Origin: Paraspadella gotoi
Lineage: Eukaryota; Animalia; Chaetognatha
Length of the DNA: 64,000 nt
Assembly: GCA_051294375.1 (NCBI GenBank)
Contig: CM119268.1
Span: 21,077,869-21,141,868, forward strand
Direction: 5' to 3'
A program made the translations under genes and the position numbers. The notes beneath the pieces were generated by a model. It made no database searches and was not told the origin of the DNA. It saw only the letters and a program-made list of their open reading frames with translations. How positions within the stretch are numbered: the first letter of the stretch is position 1; every line of letters starts with the position of its first letter. Below, piece by piece: positions 1 through 13,530 of the stretch.

Positions 1-194
1 ATTTTATTCAATCCTAATTAGATAAAGGATCATTATGATATTGTCGACGACGACGACGACGATGACAGTAATAACGAAAAAGAATAATGATAACAATAAA
101 AATTAGCCGAAAACCCGAATCGCGAATCGCAGTCGACAATTCATCCAAATTTCACGAATCATTTCTCCCTTTTTCATTTTGCGGTCCCAAATGC

Positions 195-316
<122 letters not shown>

Positions 317-556
317 CACACAGATTTTTCTTTATTCCGTTTTCCCGCGGTCGGAGTTCTGAGTTCCTTCATTACTTTTATCGTCGTCTTTTGTTTGAAA
401 CTTGGCGGCTTTTGTTTATGCACGCTTTCTTTGGTTTCCGCACGAATCGCATGGCGTTGCAGTCGCCGTCATTGCTTGTTAGGGTTTCGGGTAATTTTTA
501 GAATTATGCTTAATGAGTAAACTAAATTTAAAATTGTTGGGGAGAAAAAAATAGCA

Positions 557-857
557 CATCTTGTAAGAGTGATGGAGGCCTTTAACCACCAAAGCCTGTC
601 CAAAGTCAGGGGCAAAATAGCTTATTTATTAAATGAATGGATAATTTTTATATTAGTTGTACCAATTTCATAGTACATAGATTATGGCAGAAGTCATTTT
701 TTTAAATCCACCTAGTATTACATACATTTGGAAATGCTATGGAAATGCTATGTTATTATCATGTAAGAGTGATCGAAGCATTAAACAAAACTCAGGGGCA
801 AGATAAGTTATTCATTGAATAAATGGATAATCTTAATATTGGATATACCAATTTCAT
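557..857 (-). repeat. Two partial copies of the ~325-bp repeat family found in tandem at 62705-63598
   Basis: atcttgtaagagtgatggaggcc...gtcagggggcaa...gaatggataattttta...taccaatttcata (557-672, and a diverged copy at 756-857) matches 60702-60815 and the reverse complement of the tandem unit. Confidence 0.85.
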
Positions 858-1202
858 ATATTATTATTTTCGCATTGCAATCAACTATCACAAATTGCTT
901 TTCATCTTTATCTTCCTCGCATCTTTATCCCTTATCAATCAGATTTATCCTCGAGATTACATTTTAGATAATCAGATACTCCGATTTGATCCACATTTTT
1001 ATGATTATATTTTTTGCAATATCGGTAAGACAACAATTTTATTTCTTTAAAATATGAATGATTATTTTGATTCTTTCATTCTTTCATCCTTAGTTGGTAC
1101 ATTCGTTCATTAATTCGTTCATTCATTCGTTCGTTCGGTTTTTCTTTCCTTCGTCTACATATTTATTGATTGGTTCGTTCATTCGTTCGTCCATTTCTTT
1201 GT

Positions 1203-1383
1203 CCGTTCGTTCGTTCGTTCGTTAATTCATTCATTCATTCATTCATTCATTCATTCATTCATTCATTCATTCATTCATTCATTCATTCATTCATTCATTC
1301 ATTTTTTCATTCATTTATTCATTCATTCATTCATTTATTCGTTCGTTCGTTCGTTCATTTGTTCGTTCTTTCGTTCATTCATT
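1203..1383. repeat. (TTCA)n/(TTCG)n microsatellite
   Basis: Direct reading of the tetranucleotide run. Confidence 0.95.
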
Positions 1384-1462
1384 CCTCCGCTGCATCCTCT
1401 CTTCCCTCACCTGCCCCCACCAACCTCAACCCTTACCCCCTCCCTCTAAAAAGTAACCTCAC

Positions 1463-1642
1463 CTGGCAATGAATCTTGGGCGCGAAGAAGAGTCTGAGCC
1501 GGACCCGTCGCTGCACCGCGGGCGAGACCTTAGATCCTCTCGCTTTGATGATCACCGCCTTCTCAGGATCGTGAACTGTGACGAAACTTCGCTTGACGGG
1601 AATTTGGGTCAAGACTCCAGCGTTCTCGGGCTGGGATTCCAC
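1463..1642 (-). CDS. Internal exon (180 bp, phase 0-0) of the Ig-superfamily gene: VESQPENAG...RLRLFFAPKIHCQ
   Basis: Acceptor ccattccccccaaag|GTGGAA, donor TGCCAG|gtgagg, open frame, GC-rich island. FAPKI resembles an Ig inter-domain linker. Same strand as the upstream Ig exons; linkage to them is inferred. Confidence 0.7.
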
Positions 1643-2192
1643 CTTTGGGGGGAATGGTGAAAAGGGAAGGGAGGGAGAAGTAGAAAGGCGGAACGAGGTG
1701 AAAAATATTAGTTCTCTAAAGTTTTTGTACCAATTTCATAAATAACGTGAGAGAATCCACGAGAGATAAATAAATTTACCAAAAAAAAATCAAGTTTTTA
1801 TGTATAGTTAAAACATAGACGAATTTATGATTTATCGTATTACTATACAGTATTACAAGATTTTTAAATTTTTATGTTTTATCGGTTAAGATTAGTATAA
1901 TGATGATTTTTAAAAGGTTTTCCTCGATTTAACTCACTTATGATTGAAATATAGAAAAACAAATTATACTTGGTGTAGACAAATTTTTATGAACTATCTG
2001 AATCCGTTCTTAAAAATAAAAAAATCCTTAAAATATTTTTTTCATTGCTTATTTATTTATAAATATTTAAATGCATCAATGTTATACTGTGCTAAAGTAA
2101 AATTTGATAAAGTATATAAAGAACAAATGAATTTTGTATTACAGAACTCCTAATGATAAAAAGTCATAAATTTGTTCCGTCTTAGTAGTTAG

Positions 2193-2787
2193 TAAGGCGT
2201 AGTAAAATTTCTAAATTTAACTTTAATTAAAATTCTAAAAGTGAGGAACGAACAACATTATACTAATGAACATTTATATAATAAAAAAAAATTTAATAAA
2301 TTTTACAATTTACGCAGTAGGCCATATTTATACTAGTACTAAACCAATAAATGTTAAAATTTCAAAACAGTTTTTTCTAAGATTTTTTTGCAGATTTGGA
2401 TTCGTCATAAAAAGTTGATAAAAAAAATATAACTCTTTTTGAAAAATTCCTTTATTAAGTGGGTCAAAAATTAGAAAAAGCTATATTTTAAACTGAAAAT
2501 TAACTTTTGATAGATTAAATATAGTTTTTTTAATTTTTAACCCACTTAATGAAAGAATTTTTAAAAAAGATTTATATTTTCTTTTATCAACTTTTGACGA
2601 GGAATTCAAATCTGTAATCAAAATTAAGTAAAGCCTATTTTGAATTTATATAAATTAATATAAATATAGTCTACTGCAAAAATTAAAAAGCATAAAATTA
2701 ATTTTTTTGACAAATTAATGTTCACTGATGGTATGTTGTTCATAATTGACTTTTAGAATTTTCGTATGTAACTTTCACTACGCCTTA
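2193..2787. mobile_element. Non-autonomous fold-back DNA transposon (MITE), ~595 bp, 8-bp TSD
   Basis: Termini TAAGGCGTAGT (2193) and ACTACGCCTTA (2787). Flanking direct repeat GTAGTTAG at 2185-2192 and 2788-2795. The body is an imperfect palindrome centred near 2500. Confidence 0.85.
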
Positions 2788-2918
2788 GTAGTTAGGAAGT
2801 GGGGGGCCGGGGGTGGGAGAGAGGGAGGTGGGAGGAGGTGGAAAAGTCGGGGCAAAGGGAAGTAAAAGTGGCTGGACGATACCAGTTTCTCTAATTTCTC
2901 TAATTTCTCTAGTTTACC

Positions 2919-3173
2919 TTTCTTTTTCCTTCTTTTTCAGTGTCTGTGGATAAGGCGCTTAGTGGGCAGAAGATGAATATCCGTAACTTCTATAAGCCCC
3001 TCTAGCAGACATGGAACGGGTCCTGGGCTTGGAACCAGGCTTGAGGGTTTGCCACGCCCCCAAGACGGCTTACGGCCGTCCTCACTCTTCCCGCAGGGTA
3101 GGTACCGGGTTGGGATTGAACCCGGTACCTAGTGGTCATGAGCTGGTGGCTTTACTTCATGAGCCACCGGGTC
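2919..3173 (-). mobile_element. tRNA-derived SINE
   Basis: The minus strand begins GACCCGGTGGCTCA (A-box region), has B-box GGTTCAATCCC (~3112-3122) and ends in an A-rich tail (T-rich on plus, 2919-2937). Confidence 0.75.
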
Positions 3174-3212
3174 ACAACTGAAAGAGTTATGCTTATAGGA
3201 GAGAGAGAGGGA

Positions 3213-3257
<45 letters not shown>

Positions 3258-3569
3258 CAAAATAGAGAGAGGATCACAAGAAGGGAAAAAAAGTAAAAAA
3301 ATATCAAAAAAAAAAAAAGAAAAAAAATGGGAAAAAAAAAAAATGGAAGGGAAGCTGAAGGAAAGAAAGACATGTAGTCGGGCTTTGGCCTAGTTTCACG
3401 GACACCGCCTAAATGTTTTTTTAAAGTGCTTAAAATAATCTTATAATCTTTATTCTTATTTCTTCTATATCTGTATTCTTTATTATCTTTTATATCTTTT
3501 TAATATCTTTATGTAGTAGGGCATTGCCTAGGTCACCCCGCCTATAAGCATTGAACCTTAGGAGTCTGT

Positions 3570-3856
3570 GACCCGGTGGCTCATTGGAGTAAAGGCCACA
3601 GCTATGACCCACTAGGTACCGGGTTCAATCCCAACCGCGTACCTACCGCTGCTGGACAGGGTGAGGAAGGACGGCGAAGCCGCCTTTGAGCGGGCGTGTC
3701 AAACCCCTCAGCTTGGTTCCAGCCCAGGACCGTTCATTCTTCGCTAAGAGGGTTATATGAATTACGGCATAGTCATCTTCATGCCCACTTTAGCGCCTTA
3801 ATCCTCAGACACACTTAAAAAAAAAGGAAAAAAAAGAAAAAAGAAGAAAAAGAAAG
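3570..3856 (+). mobile_element. tRNA-derived SINE (mirror copy of 2919-3173)
   Basis: A-box TGGCTCATTGG 3577-3587, B-box GGTTCAATCCC 3622-3632, ~180-bp body, A-rich tail from 3817. Confidence 0.75.
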
Positions 3857-4564
3857 GGTAACAAAGAATGAAGGAAGAGAAAGGGTGGTGTTAGGAAACC
3901 CGTAATCGTCCAGCCACTTTACTTTCCTTGCCCGACTTTCCCCACCACCTCCTCCCACATAACCTCTCTCCCCCCCCGGTCCCCGTCACTTCCTAAATCC
4001 GAGGACACGGAGAACAAATTTATGACTTTTTATCATTAGGAGTTCTGTAATACAAAATTCATTTGTCCTTATAATACTTTATCAAATTTACTTTAGCACA
4101 GTATAACATTGATCATTTAAATATATTTAATACAATAAGCAATGAAAAAAATATTTTAAGGATTTTTTTATTTTTAAGAACGGATTCAGATAGTTCATAA
4201 AAATTTGTCTACACAAGTATAATTTGTTTTTCTATATTTCAATCATAAGTGAGTTAAATCGAGGAAAACCTCTTAAAAATCATCATTATCAATCTTAACC
4301 GATAAAACATAAAAATTTAAAAAATCTTGTAAACTGCTATAGTAATACGATAAAATTAAAATTCGTCTATGTTTTAACTATACATAAAACTTGATTTTTT
4401 TTGGTAAAATTTATTTATCCTCGGGATTCTCGTCACGTTATTATGAAATTGGTACAAACTTTAGAGAACTAATCACTGTTCTTCATCTTCTACTGTTACC
4501 GCCTTCTCTACATTCTCCCTCCCCTAGCTCACTCCCTCTTCCTTTTCACCATTCCCCCCCAAAG

Positions 4565-4745
4565 GTGGAATCCCACCCAGAGAACGCTGGAGTCCTGACC
4601 CAAATTCCCGTCAAGCGAAGTTTCGTCACAGTTCACGATCCTGAGAAGGCGGTGATCATCAAAGCGAGAGATCTAAGGTCTCCGCCCCGCGTGCAGCGAC
4701 GGGTCCGGCTCAGACTCTTCCTTCGCGCCCAAGATTCATTGCCAG
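4565..4745 (+). other. Indel-bearing mirror copy of the exon at 1463-1642
   Basis: Same splice sites (aaag|GTGGAA, CCAG|gtgag) but 181 bp with frameshifts. Lies in the noisy arm of the palindrome. Confidence 0.75.
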
Positions 4746-5961
4746 GTGAGGTTACTTTTTAGAGGGAGGGGGTAAGGGTTGAGGTTGGTGGGCAGGTGAG
4801 GGAAGAGGAGGATGCAGCGGAGGAATGAATGAACGAAAAACGAACGAACGAACGGAACGAATAAATGAAATGAATGAATAAATGAATGAAAAATGAATGA
4901 ATGAATGAATGAATGAATGAATGAATGAATGAATGAATGAAAATGAATGAATGAATTAACGAACGAACGAAACGAACGGACAAAGAAATGACGAAACGAA
5001 TGAACGAACCAATCAAATATTAGACGAAGGAAAGAAAAACCGAACGAACGAATGAATGAACGAATTAATGAACGAATGTACCAACTAAGGATGAAAGAAT
5101 GAAGAATCAAAATAATCATTTATTTTAAAGAAATAAAATTGTTGTCCTTACCGATATTGCAAAAAATATAATCAATAAAAATGTGGATCAAATCGGAGTA
5201 TCTGATTATCTAAAATGTAATCTCGAGGAATAAATCTGATTGATAAGAGATAAAAGATGCGAGGAAAGATAAAGAATGAAAAGCAATTTGTGATAGTTGA
5301 TTGCAATGCGAAAATAATAATATATGAAATTGGTATATCCAATATTAAGATTATCCATTTATTCACATGAATAACTTATCTTGCCCCTGAGTTTTGTTTA
5401 ATGCTTCGATCACTCTTACATGATAATAACAATAGCATTTCCATAGCATTTCCAAATGTATGTAATACTAGGTGGATTTAAAAAAATGACTTCTGCCATA
5501 ATCTATCGTACTAGAAATTGGTACAACTAATATAAAAATTATTCCATTCATTTAATAAATAAGCTATTTTGCCCCGACTTTTGGACAAGCGCTATTGGGT
5601 GGTTAAAGGCCTCCCATCACTCTTTACAAGATGTGCTATTTTTTTCTCCCACAATTTAAAAAAATTTTAGTTTACTCATTAAGCATAATTCTAAAAATTA
5701 CCCGAAACCCTAACAAGCAATGACGGCGACTGCAACGCCATGCGATTCGTGCGGGAAACCAAAAGAAAGCGTGCATAAACAAAAGCCGCCAAGTTTCAAA
5801 AACAAAAGACGACGATAAAAGTAATGAAGGAACTCAGAACTCCGACCGCGGGAAAACGGAATAAAGAAAATCTGTGTGTGCGAGAGAGAGAGAGGAGAGA
5901 GCAAGAGAGAGAGAGAGAGCTGTCGGATCGGGGCGCNNNNNNNNNNNNNNNNNNNNNNNNN

Positions 5962-6317
5962 AGAAGTGAGAAAAAGAAAATTGAAAAAAAATAACCTAAA
6001 AAAAGAGAAAGAAAAAAGACATAAAACATTCGTCCTTTAGTGCATTAGCATTTTTGATTACTCTTTTTGCTTTTAGGATGCGGTCTAGCGCTCCTAATGC
6101 GAATTTTAAATGAGAACGAGAGAGGGAATTAATTCAGCCTCTTTCGGAAAAGAGAGAGCAGAAGAGAAAGAGAGCGGAGAGAGAAACAGAGAGAGAGAGA
6201 GAGGAGAGAGAGACTGGTGAAAGCGATAGAAAAGAAGAAGAAAAAAAGCGCTTTACTTGGCTGTTCTTTTATTCTCCTTTTTACCCTTCCCTCTCTTTCT
6301 CTCTCTCTCTCTCTCTT

Positions 6318-6376
<59 letters not shown>

Positions 6377-7101
6377 ATTTCTATCTTCGGTCTCTCTTTC
6401 TTCTCCTTTTTTTTTCTCTTTTTTTCTTCCTTTTTCTTTCTTTCTCTTTTTCTTGCACCACTTTCTTGCTTTCTTTCTGTTTTTCTTTTTTTTTTTCTTT
6501 CGCTTTCCTTCACTTTCTTAACTCCCTTTTCTTTTCTATTTCTATTTTCTCCCACTTTCACTTTCCCCTTTTGCTCCTTATGCTTTAAAAAAAAGCATTC
6601 CCTGTCTCGGTCATTTTTCAAACTTTCTCTCTGTTTGTTTTTGGCGTGAATCTGCCATTAGAAAAAAAATTGTTTTTTTGCATTTTTTTTTCGGTTGGAA
6701 AAAACCAAAAAATCTCAATTAGCGAAACAAAAGTAAGACGTGAGTCTCGTGTCACCAAATTACATCGCGGTGAAAAAAACCAAGAGAACATCTCTTTTGC
6801 CCTTCTTGTGCCTTTTAAGTTTATTATTCTCTTTACTGCTCAATATTATCTTGTAAAATTTTGAAATTGTAATTTAATTATAAAAAAAATTACACTTTAT
6901 TGATTCTTTATTTAGCCTTAGCAAAGGAATCAGGATAAAGGTTTGGTTAATACTTATTTTGATTCCAGGCCCGGGACTAACTCATTCACTTTTTTTGATT
7001 CCTCTACACCCCTTTTTTCATTTCTTAAGTAATGTGTGCGAGAGAGAGAGAGGAGAGAGAGAGAGAGAGGAGAGAGAGAGAGGAGGAGAGAGAGAGAAGA
7101 G

Positions 7102-7132
<31 letters not shown>

Positions 7133-7921
7133 TCACAAGAAGGAAAAAAAGTAAAACAAAATATCAAAAAATAAATAGAAAATGAAAATGAAAGGGAAGC
7201 TGAAGGAAGAAGACATTTAGTCGGCATTGCCTAGGTTCACCCCGCTCTCTCTCGCACACATGTACTTAAGAAATGAAAAAAGGGGTGTAGAGGAAATCAA
7301 AAAAAGTGAATGAGTTAGTCCGCGCCTGGAATCAAAATAAGTATTAACCAAAACCTTTATCCTGATTCCTTTGCTAAGCTAAATAAAGAATCAATAAAGT
7401 GTAATTTTTTTTATAATTAAATTACAATTTCAAAATTTTACAAGATAATATTGAGCAGTAAAAGAATAATAAACTTAAAAGGCACAAAGAAGGGCAAAAG
7501 AGATGTTCTCTTGTTTTTTCACCCGGATGTAATTTGGTGACACGAACTCACGTCTTACTTTTGTTCGCTAATTGAGTTTTGGTTTTTTCACCGAAAAAAA
7601 AATAGCAAAAAAACAATTTTTTTTCTAATGCAGATTCACCCAAAAACAAACAGAGAGAAAGTTTGAAAAATGACCGAGACAGGGAATGCTTTTTTTTAAA
7701 GCATAGAGGAGCAAAAGGGAAAGTGAAAGTGGGAGAAAAATAGAAATAGAAAGAAAAGGGAGTTGAAGAAAGTGAAGGAAAGCGAAAGAAAAAAAAAAGA
7801 AAAACAGAAAGAAAGCAAGAAAGTGTGCAAGAAAAAGAGAAAGAAAGAAAAAGGAAGAAAAAAAAAGAGAAAAAAAAAGGAGAAGAAAGAGAGACCGAAG
7901 ATAGAAATAGAAAGAGAGAGA

Positions 7922-7996
<75 letters not shown>

Positions 7997-8350
7997 GAGA
8001 GAGAGAGAGAATGAAGGGAAAAGGTAAAAAGGAGAATAAAGAACAGCCAAGTAAAGCGCTTTTTTTCTTCTTCTTTTCTATCGCTTTCACGGCAGTCTCT
8101 CTCTCCTCTCTCTCTCTCTCTTGCTTCTTCTCTCTCCTCGTCTCTCTCTCTCTCTCTCTCTCTCTCTTTTCCGAAGAGGCTGATTAATTCCCTCTCTCGT
8201 TCTCATTTAAAATTCGCATTAGGAGCCTAGACGCATCCTAAAAGCAAAAGAGAATCAAAAACTGCTAATGACTAAAGGACGAATGTTTTATGTCTTTTTT
8301 TTCTTCTTCTTTTTAAAGGGTTATTTTTTTTCAATTTTCTTTTTCTCATT
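5962..8350. repeat. Second inverted duplication, arms ~5962-7050 and ~7245-8350; probable artefact
   Basis: 7245-8350 is the reverse complement of 5962-7050 (e.g. tttcttaagtaatgtgtgcgaga vs tctcgcacacatgtacttaagaaa). It starts at a 25-N spacer. Confidence 0.9.
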
Positions 8351-8389
8351 CTACTTTATCGGTTATGTATATGTAGTGTTCAGTAAACA

Positions 8390-8477
<88 letters not shown>

Positions 8478-8499
8478 CGTCTCTCTCTTCTCTCTCTCT

Positions 8500-8571
<72 letters not shown>

Positions 8572-10969
8572 CTTTCTTCTCCTCTCTCTCCTCTTTCTCT
8601 CTCTCTCTCCTTCCCTTCCTCTCTCTCTCTTCTCTCTTCTTCTCTCTCTCTCTCTTCTCTTCCTCTCTCTCTCTCTCTCTCTCCCCCTCTCTCTCTCCCT
8701 CTCTCTCTCTCCTCTCTCTCTCCTCCTCTTCTTCTCTCTCTCTCTCTCTCTTTTCTCTTCTGCCTTTCCATCTTTCTGTCGTTTCCTTCTACTCGGCCTT
8801 TGTTTTCGAATTTCCTCTGCATTTCCGTTTTTCTTCCTTGTTTTAGTTTGCGCCCGCGAGTTCTCGCGGGAGACCCAACCAAATAAGTCCTCTCTCGGTC
8901 GGTCTGTCGGTTGTGTTCGGTCAGTCTGTCGCCTCTGTCTCACTTAACTTTCAAATGCTCACAAATGCTCAGTAACTTTCCTTAGTTGACCTTTTGTTAT
9001 TTTCGCTGCAGACGGAAAGAATGACGAATTTATATGCGATTACTAGCGCTACCTTTTTGTTTAAATAAAAATTTGTGTAAAGAAAATAAAAATATAATAT
9101 TCCGAAGGTCAGTATTGTGTTCCAAACGCTCATGTAGTTCTGAATTACACTGGGAAATATGTACAAGGGATGGAAAAAATCACGGGCCTTGCGCGAACAC
9201 ATTAAAGGTTCCTTGTTTTAATTCTCTTTCTTCTTTCTATCGCTTGAGCTCGCCTTATGATTTCCTTCCTTTCCGCTTTTTTTCTTTTTATCCTTTTTTC
9301 TCCCTTGTTTTTCCAGCCTCTTCAAGGTTCACCCTTCCCCATTTTTCGGTGACCCTCCCTTACATCTCTATTTCTTTGAAGGCGTTCGCCCCGCTGTGTC
9401 GCCGCTGGCCGAAGCCGCGGTCGCCCGGACGCGCCGCGTCAGAGAAATTCCGCAGCTTTTTTTATCTTTACTTTTTATTTTGGATATTTTTCTTTTTCTT
9501 TTTTACTTTTTTTTTTTTTCTTTTTTCCCTCAGTTTGTGCAGGAGTTTTTTTCTTTTTTCTGGTTTTTCCTATAGCTATTATTGTTATTTATTTTTTTAT
9601 TTTTTCTTATCCCTGGTTTCTCTTATATTTTTTAATGTTATGTAATTTATTTATTTTTTCTGATTTCAGTACTTTTCTTCACTAGGACTTTTTTACACTT
9701 CCGGGGAGCTTTTCGTGCTTGCTATTTGTCATTCGCTTTGTCAATATATGTCTATGTCGAAGCCTGGTTATTATGAAATTGGTAACAACCATAATATGTT
9801 TTATTTTCAGTTCTGCTGCTTATTAATCAGGATTTTTTTTGGGTTTCCTTTCTCTCAATTCAAAGTTGGATTTTGATTACTCATAAAATAAGCAATTTAG
9901 TCTGAAATAAATTCTCGACAATCGATTACTTTCTTCTATTATTTCTTTCCATTTTCGCTTTAATGTATTCTCTCTCTCTCTCTCTCTCTCTCTCCACACA
10001 CAGCACGAGAGAGATTTTTACCAACACACTTCAACTCACATCACCGCATCGCTAAAACCTCACGGTCAACAACTGCCTTCTATTTATATCGACCAACCAA
10101 CTGCGCACAGAACCTTATGCCCATCACAACTTCCATCCATCACTTCGAGCGCCTCACCCAACTCTTCTATCACCTTACCTTCCCAAACTGCACACGGCGT
10201 GCACTCGCACTCCCCCCCACCACGCCCATCAAAACTCTGCAAATTTTAAACGGAGGCCATAACCATCTACCCTACAAACATCTCCTTTCCTTCTTTGTTT
10301 CCTTTTTCTTTTTTTTCTTTTGCCTTCGTTTTTTTTTTATTTCCAGTTGACGACTCAAGAACATTCCATTACTCATGTTGTTCATACCTTTCCCTTTCAC
10401 GGTTCTCTCTTCTCTCTCTCTCTCTTCTTCTCTAATCTCTCTCTTGCTCTCTCTCCTTCCCCTCGCTCTCTCTCTCGTTACTTACATACATATACATATA
10501 TATCCATATTTAATTTTTTTTCCTCACTTTTCTTTTCTCTTCACTCTATCTATATAATGATTTATCCTCCGCTCTGACCCCGACTCTTTCGCCACACATT
10601 CCCACCCACGGACTATTCACCCGTCATAGACCTCCTTCAAGCCCACCCTCCGGTCCTCCCGCAGTCACTCAACCCAAACTGGTCTGCGCCCGTGCGTCCA
10701 AACTGTTTTCTTTCGCGAGTGCACGGCGACGAAGATTTCTACACATTTGCTGTTTTATCTTCGCACACCGTCGATCTCGAGACCATGAGATCCCCGTTCA
10801 AGAATCTCTCCGTGGCATTTCTCGAGTCTGTCAGAAGTCCGTCTACGGCGTCGGACTCTGCCGTCGGGACTCAAAGGTGGAAGGAGGGATGGGTTGGATG
10901 GGGGGGCATGGGATGGGTAGAGGCAAGTGCGAGAGAGAGAGAGAGAGTAGAGGAGAGAGAGAGACGATG

Positions 10970-11011
<42 letters not shown>

Positions 11012-13139
11012 GAGAGAGAGAGAGAGAGAGAAGAGAAGAGAGAGAGAGAGAAGAGAGAAAGAAGAGAGAGATGAGAAACGAGAGGAAGAGAGAGAGGAGA
11101 GAGAAAGAAGAGAGAGAGAGAGAGAGAGAGCAGAGAGAGAAGGAGAGAGGAGAGAGAGACGGAGAGAGAGAGAGAGAGAGAGTAGAGAAAACAATGTTTA
11201 AACCAATCGACTAAAATAAGCGACCGGTCGTTTTAAACCGAAAAAATTTTCTAGCAGAATTTTATAAAAAAGATCGTGTAATCTGAGTTTAATTTGGAAT
11301 AGGAGTCAACCACTTTTTAACTCTTCTGTCCACCCTGTTCCATTCCTTTTTCCAATTACATTTTCCCACCTCAGATTTCCGACTCCTTTCTTTTCCACAC
11401 TTTTTCAACCTTCACACCCCAGGCAAGTTTCGACTCTCCTTCTCGAAATCGTTGAGATGTTTTTTCCGTCTCAAAATCGCGGGAACCAAATCGCCTCTGA
11501 TCCAAAGTTCAGGTCGAGCCAGTACTGTTTCAATTTGGCCGACTCACTTCTTTCAATCCTTCACTTCATTACTTTTCTCTTTCATTCTTCATTCACTTAC
11601 GTTTTTCTCGTTCTTGTATTAAAATTAATGCGGTATATTGCTCCGGAAATCTCTTTCATCGGCAAAACAGAACTTGAAGCATAATTCACATTTTCCACAC
11701 ATACACTGCGTCACGAAAAACGAACCTCACAACAAAAAGGTCGTCACACACAAAAAACGGGCCTCGCTCCGCTGTTCACAGACGAAAGCGGACGTCTGAC
11801 AAAAGACAGTCACAAACACGGCACCTGACTTATGAGCGGTCGATTGACGACGACGACGATGACACATAACGTGGGTTCAATTTCCTTCTTAAGTTTTTAC
11901 TAGGAGAAATGATATTGTACGTCGAATTTAATGTTTGCTATATTATTCCTCATCGGTTGTCTCGAGTTGTTTGATTGTTTTCCCACATTTCATCATCATT
12001 CATTCTTCATTCATTCATCATTCATTATCATCAGTTTCATTCATGTCATCTCATTCATTCATTGCATTCATTGCATTTTATTTCTTTTAAGGATCAAAAT
12101 TGTTAAATTTGTACAAATAATTGTATTGTAAATAAATGTTAAAAAAAAGGGTATTTTTTTCCATTTTTCAAAATATTGAATCATTACACACTTTTACAGC
12201 AACAATTTCCACTCGATAATCCGAACTCTCAATCCCAAAACCTAAATTGAACCTTTTCCTCATTTTCTCTTTTTTAATCATTGAATTCGATTTTTTAACT
12301 GCGATTGTTAAAGAAGAGATAATTCTCTTCCAAAAAGAAGGAAAGGCCGAATAGTTATAATCTCTCATTATATTCCGAATTCTCGATGGCTTCCCCCCCG
12401 AAGTCTCAGAAGCGCCAAAAAGCTGAGAAAATGGAAGCGGTTCAGAGCGATTGGCACTGCGATGAGTTGACCAGTTGCATTGGCCGTGAGCACCATGAAG
12501 ACCTGTGCCACTTTAAGATTGACTTTGAAGGATAGGCCTCCTTTTGAAAGGCATTGAACATGTTTAAGTTTGATAGGAAGGGCGATGGCTCCTTTGAAAA
12601 AGAGAGATGTGAAAGAGTGCATGCTCCTTTAAGATTGACTATGTGAACAGGCGATAGCCTCCTTTAAAATAGAGGCTGTGAAAGATAAGATCTCTGAGAG
12701 ACATGCTCTCCTTACGCAACGTGCTGTGAAAGAATGCGATGGCGCGGCCGTCAAAACTTTACGCGCCCCTCACCGATACTTCCGGCAGCTCGATCGCAGC
12801 AGAGAGAAATTTCTGGAAAAGAATGTGTGGAGTTTAATGCGTCGGAGGAATTCATAGGGAAAGAAAAGGAGAAGAGAGAGAGAGAGAAGGCTAATGAGAG
12901 AAGGAGAGAGTAGAGAGAGAGAGAGAGCAGAGAGAGAGATGAAGATCGAGAGGGAGAGATGAGAGAGTGAGAGAGAGAGAGAGCAGGGACTCGAGGGGAC
13001 AAGAAGATTCCGAAGGAATCAGATTTTGGAGCGTAAAAGAGGTAACGAGTGGAAGAGGGAAAAAGGAAGGAAAGGAATGGAGAGGAGATGAGAGTAGAGA
13101 GAGACGAGAGAGGAGAGACGAGAGAGAGAAGGAGAGAGA

Positions 13140-13173
<34 letters not shown>

Positions 13174-13250
13174 ATGAGAGCNNNNNNNNNNNNNNNNNNN
13201 NNNNNNAAGAGCGAGAGAGATGAGAGACGAGAGGAGAATGAGAGAAGGGA

Positions 13251-13310
<60 letters not shown>

Positions 13311-13440
13311 GTGAGGAGACGAGAGAGGAGCAGAGGACTCGAGGGGACAAAAGATTCCGAGGAATCCAGATTGTGGAGCGTTAAAAGAGGTAACGAGTGG
13401 AAGAGGGAAAAAGGAAAGGAAAGGAATGGAGAAGAGAGAG

Positions 13441-13530
<90 letters not shown>

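Noticed and set aside
3570-3645. Functional tRNA gene
   Set aside because: A and B boxes are present, but there is no convincing acceptor stem or T-run terminator, and it continues into a SINE-like body and A tail.
4565-4745. Duplicated exon as a mutually exclusive or Dscam-like exon array
   Set aside because: The copy is inverted, differs mainly by error-like indels and lies in the artefactual arm.
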